32,883 nt of DNA from Tubiluchus corallicola. Lineage: Eukaryota > Animalia > Priapulida. Location: assembly GCA_030141605.1 (NCBI GenBank), contig JAQGDQ010001601.1, forward strand, positions 1 through 32,883, in the 5' to 3' direction. Below are positions 25,909 to 32,883 of the stretch, piece after piece. The translations under genes and the position numbers were made by a program. The notes under the pieces are model-generated. The model did not search any database, was not told where the DNA came from, and saw only the letters and a list, made by a program, of their open reading frames with translations. The first letter of the stretch is position 1. Each line of letters starts with the position of its first letter.

Positions 25909-28900
25909 CTGTAAAAAAACAAAAGCTTACATGTGTTTGGTTAGGCCCCGAAGTTCACATTGTAATGCAATAACTGAAATGACATCTGAAGACATATCCT
26001 GGCAGTGTACGGTACAAAAGAGTCCGCTTGAGCATTGCTTAGTTTTGGTTGCTAAGTAGATGCAGTCATTTCTAGACATAGACATAGACATAGAACATTT
26101 ATTTTCTCCAATTAGTTTGACATAAAAAGTTTTTTAAATATTACGTAATTATAATCATGGAACCGCGTTAGGGAAGGACCATAGGGTCATCTAGTCTCCA
26201 GCCCTTTCTTGTCAATAGATTAGCATATTAAAAATAAATGGTGAAGCTGCAGATAACAAAAACAAAAACAAATAAGAAAAAATAATAATAAAAACAGTAT
26301 AAACCATACAAATTATCAAAAAAGAAGTGAAAACAAAAAATAATAAAGTTAGATACCTAAATCTAAACAAAACAATACAATTATTCAGTAATTAGGATAA
26401 TTGTATTGTTTTGTTTAGATTTAGGGTACTAACTTTATTATTTTTTGTTTTCACTTCTTTTTTGATAATTTGTATCATTTATACTGTTTTTATTATTATT
26501 TTTATTATTTATTACGCCTGAGTGCTATCTACAAAGTGTACTGAACAGCGACAATGGACAAACCACAATGGCCGCTTTAACAGACTTACAATGCACCAGA
26601 TTTCCAGAGGCAATTATGAACCAATACTGCCAGAGAAAAACCTTATAACACCTTCACACAGCGAGTGCTCTGTGATTCATCGACTGAGTAATAATAGTAA
26701 AAAAGCGAATAAAAAGGGAAGATATACATACTGTTGGTGGCAGTTCACTAATCAGTGCACGGTAAAAGCACGTTGTCTGCGGATAAAGAGCCAAAACTAA
26801 CTGAAATAGAAGATAAATTCGTTTGATATACAGATCGCTGCAAATGGTGCCACCGTTGGAGCTGTAGCCTCGAATCTTATATATATATATATATATAAAT
26901 ATATATACAAGCGAAATTAATATATACGATGCTATTCTACAACACTTAATATTTACTACAACAACTCTATTATAAATGACTTAGCAAAATTTCTGATACC
27001 ATCAAGAATCGAGAGAATATTACTCTTCGAAATTTTCGCGGTTTAAGTTAAATTTCTTACAAACTCAGCATACAGTAGGGGTGAGCATTCTCTACCAGAA
27101 AGGGAATTCGAATCGAACCGAATTTGTGACTTTCGAATCGAACCGAACTTCAGTGTTTCGCATTCTAATTGAGATTGAAAGATTTTTGAACAAGTTTTCG
27201 AAGCACCAGCAAAACTTAGTCTTACAAAGATCATGCATATCACTACATTTTGTTGTGCAATAAAACGACTAGTAATTTCTTTAAAATTGTGTGCAGAAAT
27301 CACAGTTAAATTATGCTAATTGCGTGATGTTTCAATCGTTTTTGTGATAAACAACATGTGTGATTGAAGTGCTGAATTATACGAATCTATAGTTTTGGAT
27401 TCGAAATGAGTTCGAACTAAAAAAACTCGTTCGAATCGAATTCGAGCATTCGATGCTCGCCCCTAATAAATGTAAGCAAAAGAATTAATATGCCAAAGTT
27501 TCCACTTAGTTTAATTATTTCTCTAATCAAGCCAGTTGGAAGCATAAACATGAATATTACACGTAAAATGAAAGCCTTTTTAACTTGCGCCAATCTAGTA
27601 ATTCGGGGTTGAAGATTTCATTTCTGAAGAAAGACTGAATCTCGCGTTAGATGGCGCCAGGAACGGCTTAGTTACGAGAATGTTTGCGTTTGTTCATCAC
27701 GAGTCACATTTCATTGTTTAGCATTGTCTATAAATTCACCCTCACAGAAACCACGTGGTATCCAAGGAAACCGTTGCTAGTGTATTTGTTTAGGCTGCGA
27801 TTTTCCGATGTTTCACGAGCAAAACCGAACAAAACGGCTTTTTTGGGTGGGATGCAAATCCTATACCCATTTTCATTAGGAAAGAAGCCATGAAATTTAA
27901 TAAAAATAGTGTCAAATTTTAAATTACGGTTAGCACTTTTAACTAAAGCAATATAATAAACACGAATATTACATGCAACATGAAAGCCTTTTTGACTTGC
28001 ACTAATCTTGTAATTATGATCAATTACTTACAGTATCTTCCGCATATAAAGCATCAGGATCTGTGTCCGGATTAGCCCTCATGAGCGGAAGAGGCAGAAC
28101 ACGACGTTTGCTTATTACATGTCTCCTGTTCGAGGAAGAAACCATTTATTAACAAGAGCTGGCAAAATGATTCAGGCACGCACAGTCATTTCTCATACCA
28201 GAACCAAACAGACAGATCAGCAGAGCGCTGATTTTGTTTTTGGTTTTGTCTTTGGCACCAAAAATAGTTCTTGTCATTTTTCGTAGTAGTGAACAGCTTC
28301 TATCAAAACTAAATATACCAAATAAGAAGCTCACATGGCCTAAAATCTGGTAACAGTACATACATTTAGGGATGACAAGATTGATACATATCAATAATTA
28401 TTGCATCGATACGAAAAATATGTTTTTATTGTTATCGTATCGAATTTGGTGCATATCATTGCTCATTGCTCACCTTTATAAATCATTTCACGATTCTTTT
28501 TCAGTTCTGCAATGGAATTACGCAAAAAAATTTAAAAAAGGGTTTTTATAAGGTTTTTGATTAATCTTCTTGTACTTTCTTCCAGCAATAGCGTCTGTCT
28601 TCAGTCGGTTTAGTGACTCATGAATGCCAAGTGCAGTATTTTTAGAGTCATTTTCCCAGTTACGTGCGGTATTGTTTTTATCGTTCGAAATAATTCATCG
28701 TGTCATATCGCTAACGTATCGCCAAATTTGTATTGTTTAACATCCCTACATACAATTGAAAACAGTACCAAAGAGATGGCAAAGTCTGTGGAAATTGTAA
28801 CTGTATATTTTTAGGTGCTGCCATCTATTAACTAATCCTTTTACATTTTACTAGCTAAACTCACCCCTAGTATAATTGTACAGTCCAGTGAATATGCATC

Positions 28901-31900
28901 TTCACTGGATCTGTCCCTATTTTACAGTAATGGTTTTTGTGAAGCCAAGTTTGCATAATCACCTATACCTATATATACTGACTGGATTCTACTTCTAGTC
29001 ACTGTCTGTCTCACTCTTAGTGCAGTGCAGCAGTCGTGCTAATCATGTTACTTACTGTCTACCTCTCAGTGATCAGTGCAGGACACTCTTATTCTCAGTG
29101 TTCAGTGTAGCAGCCATTCTACATATGTGTATGTAGTATAGTGTTTTATTCTTTTTCTACAAAGTGATTCATCTACAACCTCACACATGACTTTCACAAA
29201 GTCGTCCTGTCTATTATTGTCACATGTAAGTAGGTAAGCAGGCAGTAGTTATGCTTCATATATTTAGCAACACAGTTAATGCCATTTGAAGAGTGGACTA
29301 CTGTGTTACGCGCTTATAAACTTAAAGGGTTTTTATAACTGCCTGACTCACTGCCCGACTTACTCTTTTTGTTCTTCGTCTATGTCATCAACTTCGTATT
29401 TTCCCGTGTTGTGGCTGTAAGAGTTCACTTCGGCTAGGATCCAGTTTTCATCTCCATCGTCTGCTCTGACTCGCGCCGCTACCGTGTCACCAACCTTGGC
29501 TATGTAGTTACTATCAGCGGGCACAGCGCCACATAGTGGTGGCGGTCTGAAATAAAACAGTTGATTTCATGAATGACGCTAGACACTGCAATTTCTTCAG
29601 AAACACATCACAAATTAATAAAAAAAATACTATAATTATGTCCACGAAAATAACACAACTAACAATTAACGATATAACAAACTACGCCAATGACGTCTAA
29701 TTACAGAAGTAAAGTTTTCATCACTGTTTAAAATGTTCTTGCATATAAAATTTTTACTCTTATTCAGCCTGACGTATAAACTGTATGCAGTTTAATGACA
29801 CGTTGCTTGATCGACTGATCGACGTTGCTCAATTTACTCTATCACGATGCATGTCTCACAAGTAACAAAATCATGGATGAGAATGACAAATTGCAAAAAA
29901 CTCTGAAACAGGCAGCCCCATTGGAGCCAGCAACAAATTGCAATTTTGTGACCGTAGAGAGCCTCTAAGTGGACTTAAAATATCAATTACCTTGTTTCAT
30001 GCATAATTTAAAATAGCCATCTATCAAGGATACATGATACCTAATTGTCTCAAAAATGTCTAAGTACTGGCCACTCCTGTGCAAAAGTATATAAAAACTG
30101 TCTGCAATTGACTCAAATAACTCCGCACAATTGATTCTATGTTTTTATACATAGAGATATTACACTGATGTACGTGATGTAAACAAAGTGACAGCCTGCC
30201 AACTAGCAGTCAGCTTGTGAAATAATGTCTCACTAGCGGTCAGCTTGTGAAATAATGTACTGGGTCCGTAAACATTTTCTCAACGAATTTACGCGATTTA
30301 CAAAAATAACACTACTGTGTTACAAAATAACACTAACAAAAACTCGGAATTCCGCGTATCCGCGGAAAATTCTCATCCCTGCAAAATGACTTTTATCGCA
30401 CTAGTAAGATAAGGATTAGATTTCTGAAGAAAAATCAGAATTTAATTGCTTCGGTACCTTTCCCCAGATTTTCCGATCCACAACGGAAGCGTCAAGGCAC
30501 TTTTCTGCAGCATTGCCATGAGCACTCCTCGACGGACCGTCTGTCTCGGACGATCACCGCTTGCAAATCTTGCCGCCAGGCGGCGATCGTTGCGAACCGT
30601 CTTCACCTGCTGAATGAGATCCAATGCCTTTCGTAACAACCTTAAAATGAAGAAGTGTAAACAACAACAGCAACAGACACAGTGAAGAAAATGAAATGCA
30701 AATTAAATGAAAAAAAGAAAACAAATATAAAATGCAAGAAACCTGGCATGTACGTGCATGAACTAGAGTTGCTATTTTGAATGGTGTCTATTATTATATT
30801 GGAAGCAAAAAATCATATTTTCCGCAAAATTATCATGCTTTTTAGCCCACTATTCAAAATTATAGTATATTTGCAGCAAATTTGTAGGGAATTTCGCTAA
30901 GAATCTCGTTGGTCACGTGACCACGATCACTGACCTGTGCAGATCTGTTTCTACCTGGGCAAGTGAGTGAGTTGGCAGACGTTAACAAGCTTCTTTAATA
31001 GTAGTTTTCACAGTATGGTAGTGATAATTTGTCAGATATATTGGTAAATACTAGATTTGCTTTATGGAGACGTACGATGTAAGTAAATATATCATTTTGT
31101 ATTAATTTGATTGAACTGATCACCTTGAACATTTAGTTTACTTAATGACAATCTTATAATTTGATAGAACGTGTTACATAGTATAAATTAGTAAAATTAC
31201 CAAATTAGGTTTACTTAATGTTTGTGTTTAGTAGGGTCTAGAACTACAGAATTTAATGCAAATTTGTAAAATAGCCTTTTTATTTTTTTCAATAGAAATG
31301 ACGTATTAAACGCTACAATATTTTGTTGGAATATGGCAGACATTGATTGTAGTACAAAATTATTATTATTGTGTAATTGCGTACTTATGGTATCAATTTT
31401 TTTCAAACGATTATGACCTTTATCAAATGTTCACCATTACAGAATACACTAGGATCTGACCTGATTAGATGCTGACTCTCAATCCTCACCCTGCTAGAGA
31501 TGGCTCTGAGCACAGAACCCTCGCCTGGTACCCTACACCCTCAGCAGGGCGGAATCTACCTTGTAACAAGTTTGACCACCCTGCCTTCAGTGTTCCCCTT
31601 TTTTCATGACTTGTGATCTAACACCTCTAGTAGCAGAGTAACTGCAGTGGTAGGCTTCCTGTTGTTTCTAAGTCTCAATCTTAAATTGAAGCCCATGTAG
31701 AAAACTTGAGCTTCTAGAACGAGCTCAGGTTTTATACAGCTAGTACTGTGTTGTAACTGCCACAGGTAATGCTCAGCGCATTTTGATCTTGGAACATTTT
31801 AATCGACATAACTTGTTTGCTAAATGAGTTTGATAAAACAAAACAAACTCTAGAGTCTTTAATATTTCATTTGTTAGATTATGACCGTAAATGCCAGACT

Positions 31901-32093
31901 GCAATTGCTTACGAACATTCTGACATTCACAGTCACAAAGTTATCAATGATATCGTCAATTACCTGCTAATTTGAAAAAAATTATGTTAAACAGTTTTAT
32001 GGAAATCTTTGAAAACTTACTCAGACTCGGACTGTGCATCCTGCAATGCCGTGTTGTACAATCCTCTCAACTTTGTCTTGTAGTAAGGAGAAA
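25789..32093 (-). CDS. SGF29: SGF29, 5'-partial spliced gene, copy 2; exons 32093-32021, 30640-30458, 29546-29364, 28125-28032, 26800-26732, 25908-25789
   Basis: Mirror of copy 1. No differences noticed in exons or splice sites. Confidence 0.95.
26278..26503. repeat. AT-rich local inverted repeat (mirror copy)
   Basis: Mirror of 6381-6607 with three loop-proximal differences. Confidence 0.9.
26732..26800 (-). CDS. SGF29: SGF29 copy 2 internal exon (LVLALYPQTTCFY...)
   Basis: Reverse complement of 6084-6152. Confidence 0.94.
27076..27465. mobile_element. hAT-like MITE (mirror copy)
   Basis: Mirror of 5419-5808. Confidence 0.65.
28032..28125 (-). CDS. SGF29: SGF29 copy 2 internal exon (RHVISKRR...)
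   Basis: Reverse complement of 4759-4852. Confidence 0.92.
28367..28748. mobile_element. hAT MITE (mirror copy)
   Basis: Mirror of 4136-4517. Confidence 0.75.
29364..29546 (-). CDS. SGF29: SGF29 copy 2 internal exon (PPPLCGA...)
   Basis: Reverse complement of 3338-3520. Confidence 0.94.
29872..30381. mobile_element. hAT-like MITE (mirror copy)
   Basis: Mirror of 2503-3012. Confidence 0.65.
30458..30640 (-). CDS. SGF29: SGF29 copy 2 internal exon (LLRKALD...)
   Basis: Reverse complement of 2244-2426. Confidence 0.93.
32021..32093 (-). CDS. SGF29: SGF29 copy 2 internal exon (SPYYKTK...)
   Basis: Reverse complement of 791-863. Confidence 0.91.
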
Positions 32094-32224
32094 CTGAAAT
32101 GACAAAGTATGAATTAAATACTAGAAAACTGTGCATTTATGGTTGTTTACATACAGTTTGTCACAACATTCTCATAGGGCTTTCATCCCCATCTCCTCGG
32201 TAAGGTTCTAAGATGAAGAAAATA

Positions 32225-32633
32225 CAGTCGACCCTCGTTAAACCGGACCCCGTTAGCCCGGATATCGGATAAGACGGACGTCATCCCTGGTAGAGGAAAC
32301 TGACCGATTTCCGTCCGAGCCGGAGCGCTAAACACAACACGGCCTACCAACTCACCACGAGCCATTAATGGGGGGACGAAGCGGCTCGCGGTGCTGCCCA
32401 GGCTGCTATGATTCCCGCCAAAATTCAATTTGCTTACCCCAAAGAAAGCTCTCACTAATTTCTTTATGCTCACAGGTTAACTATTTTAAAGTAACATACA
32501 GTATAGTATATATTGCACAGTATATAGTGCAATGTATATACGCCTTATTAAGGTGATTATTCCTGTATAATATAGACCATATATAGACATATCGGATAAA
32601 TCGGACAATCGGCTAAACCGGACCCCCCCCACC
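32225..32633. mobile_element. Tigger/pogo-like element end (mirror copy)
   Basis: ta|cagtcgaccctcgttaaaccggacccc at 32223 onward. Confidence 0.55.
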
Positions 32634-32883
32634 CAAATGGTTCTTCAATGTAAACTTGTGATGACCATGAGCAAAAAGTGATCAATTGTTCTACTAATTC
32701 TTGAATTTAATTTGAATTTAAAAAGACACCGTTTAAGATGGATTGGGCATATGCTTAGACTAACTGATGATATTCCAGTGAAGATAGCTTTTCAACAAGC
32801 CATAGAATCAGCTAAAAAACCTGCAGGAGGACAAATGTTAACATATTTAGATTTTGCACAGAAAGATTTAAACACTTCAGCAT

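Noticed and set aside
27684-27893. ORF present only in the right arm
   Set aside because: Created by an intronic substitution that removes a stop codon. Antisense to SGF29 copy 2 with no protein-like features.

Overview
AT-rich, intron-containing animal (invertebrate-like) genomic DNA. The whole window is one giant inverted repeat: 1..~15396 is the reverse complement of ~17444..32883, and the two window ends are exact reverse complements. By eye I found only about 15 substitutions, two 1-bp indels and one 46-bp indel between the arms; this comparison was not exhaustive. The ~2 kb non-mirrored centre is bounded by oppositely oriented (CTA)n and (TAG)n microsatellites. Each arm carries the last six coding exons of SGF29 (SAGA/ATAC tandem-Tudor H3K4me2/3 reader), so there are two apparently identical tail-to-tail copies whose 5' ends lie outside the window. 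Each arm also holds several hAT/Tigger-like MITEs, a 5S-rRNA-headed SINE-like element, a CA-rich minisatellite, and a 478-bp bipartite RTE-derived retroelement with a 16-bp TSD and a degenerate twister ribozyme at its 5' end. Most ORFs in the supplied track are non-coding noise or repeat translations. The sequence alone cannot tell whether the palindrome is a real fold-back duplication or an assembly/library artefact.
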